From: Mollicutes bacterium
GTDB lineage: Bacteria; Bacillota_I; Bacilli_A; RF39; UBA660
Assembly: GCA_012799635.1 (NCBI GenBank)
Contig: JAAZKW010000010.1
Coordinates: forward strand, 3,308 to 67,307
Reading direction: 5' to 3'
Length of the DNA stretch: 64,000 nucleotides
The position numbers were made by a program, and so were the translations under genes. The notes under the pieces are model-generated. The model saw nothing but the letters and a program-made list of their open reading frames with translations, was not told the DNA's origin and made no database searches. Shown one piece after another: positions 37,093 to 46,296 of this stretch (positions are counted from its first letter, which is position 1; the number at the start of each line of letters is the position of its first letter).

Positions 37093-38000
37093 TTTTCCCC
37101 TTTAGCTAAATACTTTTTACATTCATTATCAAGTTCTTTTAATAATTTATCAACATCTTCTTTTTTAGTTATTCTAGCCCCTGAAGCAAAATCATGTCCC
37201 CCACCATTATATTTACCTGCTATTTCATTTATTACAGGGCCTCTACTTCTTATATTAATTTTAAATATTTCATTTTTCTCATCAAAAGTAACAAAACACC
37301 ATACTATAAAATCTTTAATAAAATTAAAATTATTTATAATAGTTGATGCCTTGGTAATATCTGTATCAAATTCTTCTACTTTTTTATTATCAAATATAAT
37401 ATAAGCAAATGAATTTTTAGTAATAATTAAATTTTCTATTATATAAGCTTCAAACTTACAATCATTAAAACCCTTTTCATATAAATTATTATATAAATTA
37501 GTGAAATCCAAATCAAAATCCTTAATTAATCTTAACGACATTTCTAGTGTACCAACACTTGTATTTTTAAACAAAAATCTTTCACTGTCTGATACAATAC
37601 CTAAAAATAACTTAGTGGCTATTTCTTTATTAATAGCAAGTCTTGTAGAATATAAAAGATTTGCCACCATCTCACAAGTTGATGAATAGTCACTAGATGT
37701 AAAATCAACTGTACCAATAATATCCTCTTTAGGATGATGATCTATTTTAATAATATCATTATACATAAGTCCTTCAATTCCATCTACACGAGAATAATTT
37801 GGAACATCCAAGACTATTAATAAAGCATTAGTTAAACTATTATAGTCAAGCTTATCAAGATACCCTAAATATTTAAATTTATTAACTCCGGCACCAATAG
37901 CATATACTTTCTTATCGGGAAATGTTAATTTAATACTTTCCCTTAGTGCAATTTGGCTACCAATAGCATCAGGATCTGGTCCAATATGACGCGCTATCAC
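37089..38000 (-). CDS. nrnA: Bifunctional oligoribonuclease / pAp phosphatase NrnA (DHH/DHHA1); the true start is probably upstream at a non-canonical codon
   Basis: Motifs RHIGPDPDAIGS, IDHHP and GGGHDFASGA are present. A further 23 sense codons upstream (to 38069) encode IKINRDIYKQIYKLIKKYDEIV, which looks like the usual NrnA N-terminus but contains no ATG, GTG or TTG. An ATT at 38057 lies 6 nt after GGAGAGG. Confidence 0.85.
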   Translation of the reverse strand: MIARHIGPDPDAIGSQIALRESIKLTFPDKKVYAIGAGVNKFKYLGYLDKLDYNSLTNALLIVLDVPNYSRVDGIEGLMYNDIIKIDHHPKEDIIGTVDFTSSDYSSTCEMVANLLYSTRLAINKEIATKLFLGIVSDSERFLFKNTSVGTLEMSLRLIKDFDLDFTNLYNNLYEKGFNDCKFEAYIIENLIITKNSFAYIIFDNKKVEEFDTDITKASTIINNFNFIKDFIVWCFVTFDEKNEIFKINIRSRGPVINEIAGKYNGGGHDFASGARITKKEDVDKLLKELDNECKKYLAKGEK

Positions 38001-38069
38001 TATTTCATCATATTTTTTTATTAATTTATATATTTGTTTATAAATATCTCTATTAATTTTAATCCTCTC

Positions 38070-39281
38070 CTATTCCAAATTGTTTTTAACTTTAACAGTT
38101 TCTTCAGCAATTAATAACTCCTCATTTGTTGGAAGAACCATTACAGGAATTTTAGAATCAGCTCCAGTTATAATACCTTCTAGTGTATCTTTCCAGCTAG
38201 CTATTTTTTCATTCATATCATCATATAAAATTACTCCTAAAGGTTTAAGTTTTTCAATAATTATTCTTCTCATCATGGCACCATTTTCAAGTACCCCAGC
38301 AGTAAATACAATTGAATCAACATTTCCTTCTAACTTTAAATAATATTCCCCAATATATTTAACAATTCTATCAGTATACATTTCGATGGCCAAAATAGCG
38401 TTTTCATTATCATCACTTGCAAGTTTTTCAACATCACGACAATCAGAAACTCCTGTTATTCCTACAAAACCACTTTCTTTATTAAGTTTATCAGTTATCT
38501 GATGAATATCCATGCCCGTTTCATCCATAACATATTTTAATATTGAAGGATCAATAGAACCACTTCTAGTCCCCATCATAAGCCCATCAAGTGGAGTAAG
38601 ACCCATAGTTGTATCAAAGCATTTTCCTGCTTTAACACATGAAATTGATGCTCCTGAACCAACATGACAAATAATTAAATTAACATCTTCTTTCCCAAGT
38701 CTTGATTGCATTTCTCTTGTTATATATTTATGACTGGTCCCATGAAAACCATATTTTCTTACTCCATATTTTGTATACCATTCATAAGGAACTGGATATA
38801 TATAATTTTCTTTTGGCATCGTTTGATGAAAAGCGGTATCAAAAACTGCAGCTTGAACAGTATTTGGTAAAGCTTTTCTCATCGCTTTAATACCTGCTAA
38901 ATTACCAGGATGGTGAAGTGGTCCTAGTTTTGTTAAATTTTCAATATCTTTAACAACTTCATCCGTTATTAATACTGAATCACTATACTTCTCCCCCCCA
39001 TGAAGAACTCTATGTCCTACACCTTTTATTTCATCTAAGGATTCAACAACTTTATATTTAATTAATTCTTCGATAAGAACATCAACAGCTTCGGTATGAT
39101 TTTTTAAATACTTTTCTCCTCGTATTTTTTCACCATTAATTTTAGTATTCCAAAAACAGTCTTTTTGATTAATCTTTTCAATATAACCACTAATTAATAC
39201 TTTTTTCTCTGGCATTTCATATACTTGAAATTTAAGTGATGAACTACCGGCATTAACACATAATATTTTCATTTTCTTCAC
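38070..39281 (-). CDS. ackA: Acetate kinase
   Basis: 403 aa with ILCVNAGSSSLKFQVY at the N-terminus and a typical length. Confidence 0.95.
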   Translation of the reverse strand: MKKMKILCVNAGSSSLKFQVYEMPEKKVLISGYIEKINQKDCFWNTKINGEKIRGEKYLKNHTEAVDVLIEELIKYKVVESLDEIKGVGHRVLHGGEKYSDSVLITDEVVKDIENLTKLGPLHHPGNLAGIKAMRKALPNTVQAAVFDTAFHQTMPKENYIYPVPYEWYTKYGVRKYGFHGTSHKYITREMQSRLGKEDVNLIICHVGSGASISCVKAGKCFDTTMGLTPLDGLMMGTRSGSIDPSILKYVMDETGMDIHQITDKLNKESGFVGITGVSDCRDVEKLASDDNENAILAIEMYTDRIVKYIGEYYLKLEGNVDSIVFTAGVLENGAMMRRIIIEKLKPLGVILYDDMNEKIASWKDTLEGIITGADSKIPVMVLPTNEELLIAEETVKVKNNLE

Positions 39282-39346
39282 CTCAAAAATATTATATCAG
39301 ATTATATAATAAAATGCATAAAAAGAACTAAAATATTGTTTAAAGT

Positions 39347-40531
39347 TTATAATATACCTTGAAAATCATTTTTATCATTTTCACTTATTTCAAATATTTT
39401 TCTTGTTTTAATAGCTTCATAAAAAAGAGCCTTAAAATCAACTAATTTCTCATACTCATGCACTAATTTTAAATCAGGATGAATAACGGGATGTTCTGGT
39501 ACAAAGATAGTACAACAATCAGCATATGGTCTAATACTTATATTATAAGTATCTATCTTTTTAGCCAAAGCAATAATTTCTAGTTTATCATAAGTACAAA
39601 CAGGTCTTATAACTGGTATTTTAATACACTCATTAATTACTTTCATACTTTTAAGAGTTTGACTAGCAACTTGACCTATACACTCACCATTAATAATAAC
39701 ATGAGCGTTTATTTTACTTGCAACTATTGCACTTATTTGATACATAGCTCTACGCATCATTGTTATTAAATAATATTTAGGTATTTTCTTTAATATTTCT
39801 TCTTGAATCTTAGTAAAATTAATAACATGGATTTTTACAGTTCCATTATATAGAGATAATTTTCGAGCCAAATCTTTTACTTTATTAAAAGCCATTTGAC
39901 TTGTATGAGGAGGTGAGTCAAAATAAATAGCTTCAATTTTAACACCTCTTTTAATAGCTAAATAACCAGCTACTGGAGAATCTATTCCTCCGGATAACAT
40001 TAATAATCCTTTTCCTAAAGTAGATATCGGATAACCTCCTAAACCAGGAATTCCATTAAAATAAACAAAAACATCATTTAATCTAATTTCAACAAAAACA
40101 TTTAAATCTACATTAGTCATTAACACTTTTTTATTATTAGTATTTTTGAGAATATGAGCACCAATTTCTTTTGCTATTTCAACACTAGTACCAGGATATT
40201 TTTTGTCACTTCTTTTAACAGTAACTCTAAAAGTTTCAAAAGTTTTATCCTTAATTAAAAATAATATTTTATTTTTAATTATATCTAGATCTTTATCATT
40301 TAATTTATAACCAACACATATTTCATGAATACCAAAAACTTCTTGCAACCTATTTAATACTAACTCTAAAGAAGAAGTTTCAATAACCATCCTACCATAA
40401 TCATACGTTATACTAAAATCTAACCCTTCTAATTTATTTGTAATATTATTTTTTAAAGTTCTTAAAAAGAAATTTATATTATCATTTTTAGTAGATAATT
40501 CTGCATATTTAATTATTATAACTTTTTCCAT
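39347..40531 (-). CDS. thiI: tRNA 4-thiouridine synthase
   Basis: 394 aa with a THUMP-like N-terminus and the PP-loop LSGGIDSPVAG. Confidence 0.9.
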   Translation of the reverse strand: MEKVIIIKYAELSTKNDNINFFLRTLKNNITNKLEGLDFSITYDYGRMVIETSSLELVLNRLQEVFGIHEICVGYKLNDKDLDIIKNKILFLIKDKTFETFRVTVKRSDKKYPGTSVEIAKEIGAHILKNTNNKKVLMTNVDLNVFVEIRLNDVFVYFNGIPGLGGYPISTLGKGLLMLSGGIDSPVAGYLAIKRGVKIEAIYFDSPPHTSQMAFNKVKDLARKLSLYNGTVKIHVINFTKIQEEILKKIPKYYLITMMRRAMYQISAIVASKINAHVIINGECIGQVASQTLKSMKVINECIKIPVIRPVCTYDKLEIIALAKKIDTYNISIRPYADCCTIFVPEHPVIHPDLKLVHEYEKLVDFKALFYEAIKTRKIFEISENDKNDFQGIL

Positions 40532-40534
40532 TAA

Positions 40535-41665
40535 TTAACCTGCCAAACTATTTAACATATTATAATTTTTATCAAAACTTAATAAAAACTTATTAATTTC
40601 TTCTGTAGTTGTAAGCGAAGATAAACTTATTCTTATTGTATGCTTTGCTCTTAAACTATCATTATATATTGCCATTACTGCTGGGGATACTTCCTCAGAA
40701 GAACACGCTGTTGATGTTGATAAATATATTTCATCATAATCAAAAGCATGAATTAGAGTCTCTGGTTTAATGTTCATAACCGATATATTTAATATATGAG
40801 GAATAGAATATTTAGTTTTATTTATTAATACTCCTTCATAAGTTGATAGTTTTTTGCAAATACTTTCATTTAATAGTTTAATATATTTTTCCTTTTTTTC
40901 AAGTTCTTCTTGAGAAAGCCTTAATGCTTTCGAAAACCCTACAATTAAAGGAAGAGCCGGAGTACCTGGTTTCAAAATATTTGTTTTACCAGCACCATAT
41001 ATAATTGGTGTTATCTTTATAGCATTATTTTTATATAACATAGCAATACCCTTAGGCCCATATATTTTATGCGAAGATAATGTTGCTAAATCAACATCAT
41101 ATAATGATACATTTATCTTTCCAATTGCTTGAGTCATATCACTATGAAAAACAGTATTACTATTTTCTTTTTTAATTATTTGTCTTATTATTCTAAGAGG
41201 CTGTCTTATACCCATTTCACTATTTACAGAACAAACACTAACTAATATTGTATCCTCTCTTATAAGGCTTTTTAAATGATTAAAATCAATCAATCCCTCT
41301 TCATTATTGTTAACATAACTTATTTCAAAACCAATTGATTTTAAATAATCACATATTACATAAATCCCAGGATGCTCAAGCTTAGATACAATAATATGTT
41401 TTCCTTTTTTATAATTTGAAATAGCTGTTCCTATCAAAGCCATGTTATTACTTTCAGTAGCTGATGAAGTATAAGTTATTTCATTTTCTAAAATATTAAA
41501 AATCTCTGCAATTTGTTTAGTTGCACTATCAAGAAGACTTTTAGATTTCAAACCAAGAGTATTAATAGAATTAGGATTACCTATAAAATCTTTAGTTGTC
41601 TTGTTCATTGCATCTAAAACTTCTAAAGAAACTGGGGTTGTAGAACTATAGTCTAGATATATCAT
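40535..41665 (-). CDS. Cysteine desulfurase (NifS/IscS class V aminotransferase)
   Basis: 376 aa with the PLP lysine motif SSHKIYGPKG. It lies directly upstream of thiI, the usual partner arrangement. Confidence 0.85.
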   Translation of the reverse strand: MIYLDYSSTTPVSLEVLDAMNKTTKDFIGNPNSINTLGLKSKSLLDSATKQIAEIFNILENEITYTSSATESNNMALIGTAISNYKKGKHIIVSKLEHPGIYVICDYLKSIGFEISYVNNNEEGLIDFNHLKSLIREDTILVSVCSVNSEMGIRQPLRIIRQIIKKENSNTVFHSDMTQAIGKINVSLYDVDLATLSSHKIYGPKGIAMLYKNNAIKITPIIYGAGKTNILKPGTPALPLIVGFSKALRLSQEELEKKEKYIKLLNESICKKLSTYEGVLINKTKYSIPHILNISVMNIKPETLIHAFDYDEIYLSTSTACSSEEVSPAVMAIYNDSLRAKHTIRISLSSLTTTEEINKFLLSFDKNYNMLNSLAG

Positions 41666-41673
41666 ATCTCCTC

Positions 41674-43392
41674 CTACTTATTACTTACATTAAGCAACTT
41701 TTTATATATGCCTGGCTCTACTATATTAATAGAACTAATCGCTTGCTTTAAACTACTCTTATAACTTCCCTTTAAAAATGATGCTTCAGCTTTTGTTAAT
41801 CCATAATCAACTTCTTTATTAACCGTTCGATACCTGTTACCATAAACAATAGCCATTTCTGCCATTTTAGCTGTCTTTGTCATCTCATTTATAGTATTAT
41901 AAACTTTTAAAACCAAATCCCTTGCAGTATCTACTCGAGTATTTAATGTTTTTATTGACATTGGTCTTTTTTCAAGCTCTAAAGTCATCGCATTTATTGC
42001 TTCAATTGCTTCATTTAATTCAATATAATATTCTTCCCTAATAACGGGAAGGTTATATATATTGGCTTTTTCTTTTGTTTGAAATAATATTTTCTTAATT
42101 TCCTCAAGTTGCCCTTTAGCTCTTAATTCATCATCTTTAAAAGAACTTAAATTTCTAATGGTAATATTTAATTTTTCTTCTGTATATATAAGTTTATTAT
42201 TTATTTCATCCATTAAAGAATTTAATTTTGAAAAAGCCGTTTTACCCTCTCTAAAGAGTGCCATATTACTATCATAGGAAGTTTTAATATCAATTAATTC
42301 ATCTCTTATCTCGGGAATAACTGAAACTTCTTCATCCGATAAATCATAATTATATTTAATTTCACCCATTTTCTTATATATTTCATTATTAATTTTCTCA
42401 AGTTTTGAAGATTTAATTAAAATGCTTCTAGAATAATCATCAAAAGACTTTCGAGCATTTCTTTCCTTTTCAAAATCATTATATAATGAATCAAAATAAT
42501 CAAGAATTGTCTTAAGTTCAAAAACTGAATCCTCCACATCAAGAACATTTAATCTTTGAAAGATATTTTTTACTTTCTTTTTCGTTACATCTATATTATA
42601 TGCGATTTTTAAATAATCAAGATTATATCCATCTTTATTCATCCTACCATAGATTTGTTTAATATCCGCTATTTTTTTAGGTATTAAAATTTGTCCTAAT
42701 TGACATATTGTTTTAGTTTCACTTGTTACAGCCTTCAAATTAGCAACAATATTATCAATCGCTTTTACTATTTTACCAACTTCAGTATATTCGTTTTTCT
42801 CCATTGCTATTTCAAAACTAGCAAAAAGTTTATCAGCATTCTCAAATTGTAATTGTAAAGGGGTTTTTACTACTTCAAAATCATTTATATTGTCAGTATA
42901 AACATTCATTACATCTCGATATTCTGCCTTTAACTTAGTAATCTTTTCTCTATTTCTTTCTTCACTTAAAGTAATTTTTTTAATTTCATCAAGTAAAAAA
43001 TCTGCTTTCGTTTTTAAAAAATTTAAATCCATTTCTGATTTAATTAAAGCAATTTTAAGTGCACGATAATCTTTATCATCATAATGTGTTTGAACTTCAT
43101 TAATTGAATCAGTTATTTTTGGTATATCAGTATCTTTTATTTCATTAAAACGCTCTTTCCAATTATCATATTGTTTTTTTAATTCTTCATTATTAACTAA
43201 AGACTCTACTTTATTTAATTCACTTAAAATAGAGGCAGAAATTACAAGATTTTTTTGTCTTTCAAGTTCATTTATTTGCCTTGCAAAACGCTTTTTATTA
43301 CGTGAACTTATTAAAAATAAAACAATTGCTATAATAAGCATTGTAACAACATAATAACTAACAGCAAACAAAAGAAACATTGATTTTGTCAT
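41674..43392 (-). CDS. ezrA: Septation ring formation regulator EzrA
   Basis: 572 aa with a single N-terminal TM segment followed by long coiled-coil repeats. Length and layout are typical of EzrA. Confidence 0.8.
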   Translation of the reverse strand: MTKSMFLLFAVSYYVVTMLIIAIVLFLISSRNKKRFARQINELERQKNLVISASILSELNKVESLVNNEELKKQYDNWKERFNEIKDTDIPKITDSINEVQTHYDDKDYRALKIALIKSEMDLNFLKTKADFLLDEIKKITLSEERNREKITKLKAEYRDVMNVYTDNINDFEVVKTPLQLQFENADKLFASFEIAMEKNEYTEVGKIVKAIDNIVANLKAVTSETKTICQLGQILIPKKIADIKQIYGRMNKDGYNLDYLKIAYNIDVTKKKVKNIFQRLNVLDVEDSVFELKTILDYFDSLYNDFEKERNARKSFDDYSRSILIKSSKLEKINNEIYKKMGEIKYNYDLSDEEVSVIPEIRDELIDIKTSYDSNMALFREGKTAFSKLNSLMDEINNKLIYTEEKLNITIRNLSSFKDDELRAKGQLEEIKKILFQTKEKANIYNLPVIREEYYIELNEAIEAINAMTLELEKRPMSIKTLNTRVDTARDLVLKVYNTINEMTKTAKMAEMAIVYGNRYRTVNKEVDYGLTKAEASFLKGSYKSSLKQAISSINIVEPGIYKKLLNVSNK

Positions 43393-43624
43393 CCCTTAAC
43401 TCCTATTATAAATATGATATCATATTTTCTTTGAAAATTGAATAACAACCTTCTTATAACTGCTTTAAACAATATTATTATTTTAATTTCGTTATAATTT
43501 TAAAAACAGATGGCCCCATTTCTCAACTGATATTGGTTTTGTCTAACCCTTCCTATTTATATAAAGATTTTATTAATTGATTATACAATAATAAAATGAA
43601 ATTTTGCGTAATTCCATTTTATTT

Positions 43625-43977
43625 TTATTTCTTTCCCAAAATTCTCTTGCTCTCTGGATCTGGCATAGTTATTTTATCAATTGTTATACTTTTAGCAATC
43701 TCTATTGCTGTTTCTAATGCCATAAAGATTGTTCCTTTTTGTTCATCTGTAACTAATCCTTTTTTACGATATAGTTTACCAGCAAAGTCATCAACTAAAT
43801 TATATTCTAGACCTAGATAAGTTTAAAATTTCATCTTTCAATTCTTTTCTATCTATTACCTTTAACATCTCTAGCATAGCTTTCCTTCGTAATTAAAGGT
43901 GGCTCACTTGGCATTCCAATTAATATTAAATTTTTTTGAGCAACATATTCATTAAAAGTCATATCTCCTTCTTCCAT
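43625..43977 (-). pseudogene. Fragmented ORF of unknown function (possible pseudogene)
   Basis: ATG at 43977 follows a GGAG-type RBS. The coding signal passes through three frames: MEEGDMTFNEYVAQKNLILIGMPSEPPLITKESYARDVKGNR*, then ...KELKDEILNLSRSRI*, then ...LEYNLVDDFAGKLYRKKGLVTDEQKGTIFMALETAIEIAKSITIDKITMPDPESKRILGKK*. Confidence 0.35.
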
Positions 43978-43995
43978 TCGCAAAAAAGAACCATC

Positions 43996-44322
43996 TTAAG
44001 TATGACATACATACTTAATACTATTAATTTCCATATTATTAATTAAAGTTCTATAATCTGAATTATCCCCATATTTTACTTTAACTTGATCAAGACTCAA
44101 TCTTTCTCCAAAAAAAATCCAATTAGAAACATTTGTCCTTTCACCATAATAAGTTTTTTCTCCATCAATAACCTCTTCTCTATCAAAGAAACGAAAACCT
44201 TGCATTTTACCATCATTATCAATTTTTGTTGGATCTCTTTCCACTACTTCTTCAATTACAGGTTCACTAACAATTATACCCCAATAAATTTTCTCAACAT
44301 AACTTTTATTCAATTTTTCCAT
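43996..44322 (-). CDS. Hypothetical protein
   Basis: 108 aa with AAAGGAG before the ATG. No motif was recognised. Confidence 0.55.
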   Translation of the reverse strand: MEKLNKSYVEKIYWGIIVSEPVIEEVVERDPTKIDNDGKMQGFRFFDREEVIDGEKTYYGERTNVSNWIFFGERLSLDQVKVKYGDNSDYRTLINNMEINSIKYVCHT

Positions 44323-44516
44323 CGTTTGACTCCTTTCAATTAATTAACATATATTATATATATATATTTAAAATTTTGTCAATTTAAATAAAAAATGTTA
44401 ATTTAAATCTGAAATGCAACATTTAATTCATCCAACTTATATTCAATTTTAACCTCCTTAATATAAATCTAACCAATTTACTCATTAGTAGCCTTCTTTA
44501 TTTTAAACTTGTATTA

Positions 44517-44540
44517 TAAAAAAAGAGAGTCGAAACTCTC
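44517..44540 (-). terminator. Rho-independent terminator downstream of the 240-aa hypothetical gene
   Basis: On the minus strand, GAGAGTttcgACTCTC is followed by a T7 run. Confidence 0.6.
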
Positions 44541-44638
44541 ATATATATAAATATTAAAACTTTTTTTGCTATTTTCCTTATTTCATAAGGATTTAAAATA
44601 ATCATTATTAATAATAAAATTAAAACTTTATACTTATT

Positions 44639-45349
44639 TTAATTAATAACTTTCTTTCTTTTCCTTGAGGTTTGGTAATCTTCAAGAGGTTTAGAAAGTA
44701 TATTATCTTTTCCAGTATAGTCTGATTTTATTTTTAATCCACATCTTTGACACATTATTTCCCAATATCTTGGATGGTGACAATAATAAACACCACGATC
44801 ATCATCGTAATAATTTATTATTGTAACTGAATTATCAATTTCTTTTATTTCATCCTCAGGAACTCTTATCAAACGATAGCAAAGCTCCCATGGCAAAAAG
44901 TCGTGTCCTTCTTCCTGACATTTAGAAATAGGACTGATTTCTTCTTTAAGTTCTTTATATTCTTGCATAGCTTCTAACACCATATTATAAGCTCTTATTC
45001 TACTCTGTTTTAAATTCATACCAATAACTTCTGCATAATCATTTTCAATTCTTTCAATTATATGTACCATTTCTTTTTCAAGAGCAGAAATTTTCTCTTC
45101 AAAAGATCCTATAATATTAACATCTAATTTACGATTGTCTGCTTTAAACTCAGCAAGTTTAGTTTTATAAAAATTAATATCTTTCTGCAACTTAGTTAGT
45201 TTATCCATATATACGTTTTCTTCCGCTATACACGTTCTTCCTTCAATTTCCATCTTGGAAAATTTTTCTAATATAAAGGCAATTAACTTATCAAACAACT
45301 CTTTTTCATCTACACCATCTAAAATTTCAAAAATTTCTTTTATATTCAT
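44639..45349 (-). CDS. Hypothetical coiled-coil protein with a C-terminal Cys/His cluster
   Basis: The track ORF starts at 45361, but its first four codons are the GGAGG RBS, so the ATG at 45349 (MNIKEIFEIL) is the likely start. The C-terminus has C..H ... C ... CHH ... CxxC spacing suggestive of a zinc-binding module. Confidence 0.6.
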   Translation of the reverse strand: MNIKEIFEILDGVDEKELFDKLIAFILEKFSKMEIEGRTCIAEENVYMDKLTKLQKDINFYKTKLAEFKADNRKLDVNIIGSFEEKISALEKEMVHIIERIENDYAEVIGMNLKQSRIRAYNMVLEAMQEYKELKEEISPISKCQEEGHDFLPWELCYRLIRVPEDEIKEIDNSVTIINYYDDDRGVYYCHHPRYWEIMCQRCGLKIKSDYTGKDNILSKPLEDYQTSRKRKKVIN

Positions 45350-45437
45350 CTTTACCTCCACTTACATTTTAGCATTGGTAATTCTATGAGTCAAACTTTT
45401 ACAAAAATTTGACAGTGTAATAGTTTTGCAACATCAT

Positions 45438-46295
45438 TTAATCTTTTTTCTTTAAATAATCTATTACATTTATAGCAGCAAAAGTTCCATCGCTAACCGC
45501 AGTTGTTATTTGTCTTACATCTTTTTCCAAAATATCACCTGCTACAAATATATTATCTATTTTATTTTCTTTAATAAATCCATATTTATTTAAATGCTTT
45601 TTATCTACTAAATTAGATGATGGATCACTACCAATACTTAAAAATATCCCATCTACTTTAATGGCATCATGATTATCTAAGTGTATATTAATATCATCTG
45701 TTAATTTAGTGACTTTATTATTATAAATGACTTCAATATTTCCTTTTTTTAACACTTCTTCTACTCTAATTTTTTCACCATTTAGTTTATCTATGCATTG
45801 AATAATATAAACCTTCTTACATATATTAGATAATTCTAAAGCATTAATAACACCACTATTGCCACCACCTATAACCGCTACTGTTTTATTTTTATAAAAA
45901 GCACCATCACAAGCTACACAATAATGAATTTTTTCATTCTTATATTTATCTTCACCCGGAACATTTAATCTTCTTTGTAATAAACCACTTGCCATTACTA
46001 TTGCCTTAGTTTTATAAGTCATAGTATTAGTTATAACACTATCTTTAGTAACTTTTATAACTTCTTCTAAATCAACATCTCCACCTAAATTTAATACTTG
46101 TTCTAACATCTTACTTGCTAGTTCACCACCGCTAATACTAACATATCCTGGATAATTTTCTATTTTGGGACTAAATGCCATTTGACCACCAATTTTATTT
46201 TTTTCCAATACTAATACTTTATATCCAGCACGAAGCAAATATATAGCAGAAGTAAGGCCCGAAGGCCCTGCTCCGATTACTACTACATCATACAT
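45438..46295 (-). CDS. trxB: Thioredoxin-disulfide reductase-like flavoprotein
   Basis: 285 aa with the FAD motif VVVIGAGPSGLTSA, the redox-active CVACDG and the NAD(P)H motif VIGGGNSG. Its start lies 1 nt after the nrdD stop. Confidence 0.8.
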   Translation of the reverse strand: MYDVVVIGAGPSGLTSAIYLLRAGYKVLVLEKNKIGGQMAFSPKIENYPGYVSISGGELASKMLEQVLNLGGDVDLEEVIKVTKDSVITNTMTYKTKAIVMASGLLQRRLNVPGEDKYKNEKIHYCVACDGAFYKNKTVAVIGGGNSGVINALELSNICKKVYIIQCIDKLNGEKIRVEEVLKKGNIEVIYNNKVTKLTDDINIHLDNHDAIKVDGIFLSIGSDPSSNLVDKKHLNKYGFIKENKIDNIFVAGDILEKDVRQITTAVSDGTFAAINVIDYLKKKD

Positions 46296-46296
46296 A

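Noticed and set aside
43596-43820. 74-aa plus-strand ORF in the ezrA-proximal spacer
   Set aside because: It is hydrophobic and low-complexity, with no RBS. The opposite strand carries the more protein-like, though fragmented, reading frames reported as a possible pseudogene.
44423-44459. Perfect AAGGAGG followed 6 nt later by TTG and a 7-codon ORF (LNISWMN*) upstream of the 108-aa orphan gene
   Set aside because: It is too short to support as a gene or leader peptide from sequence alone. It is mentioned only as a hint of decayed coding sequence in the accessory patch.
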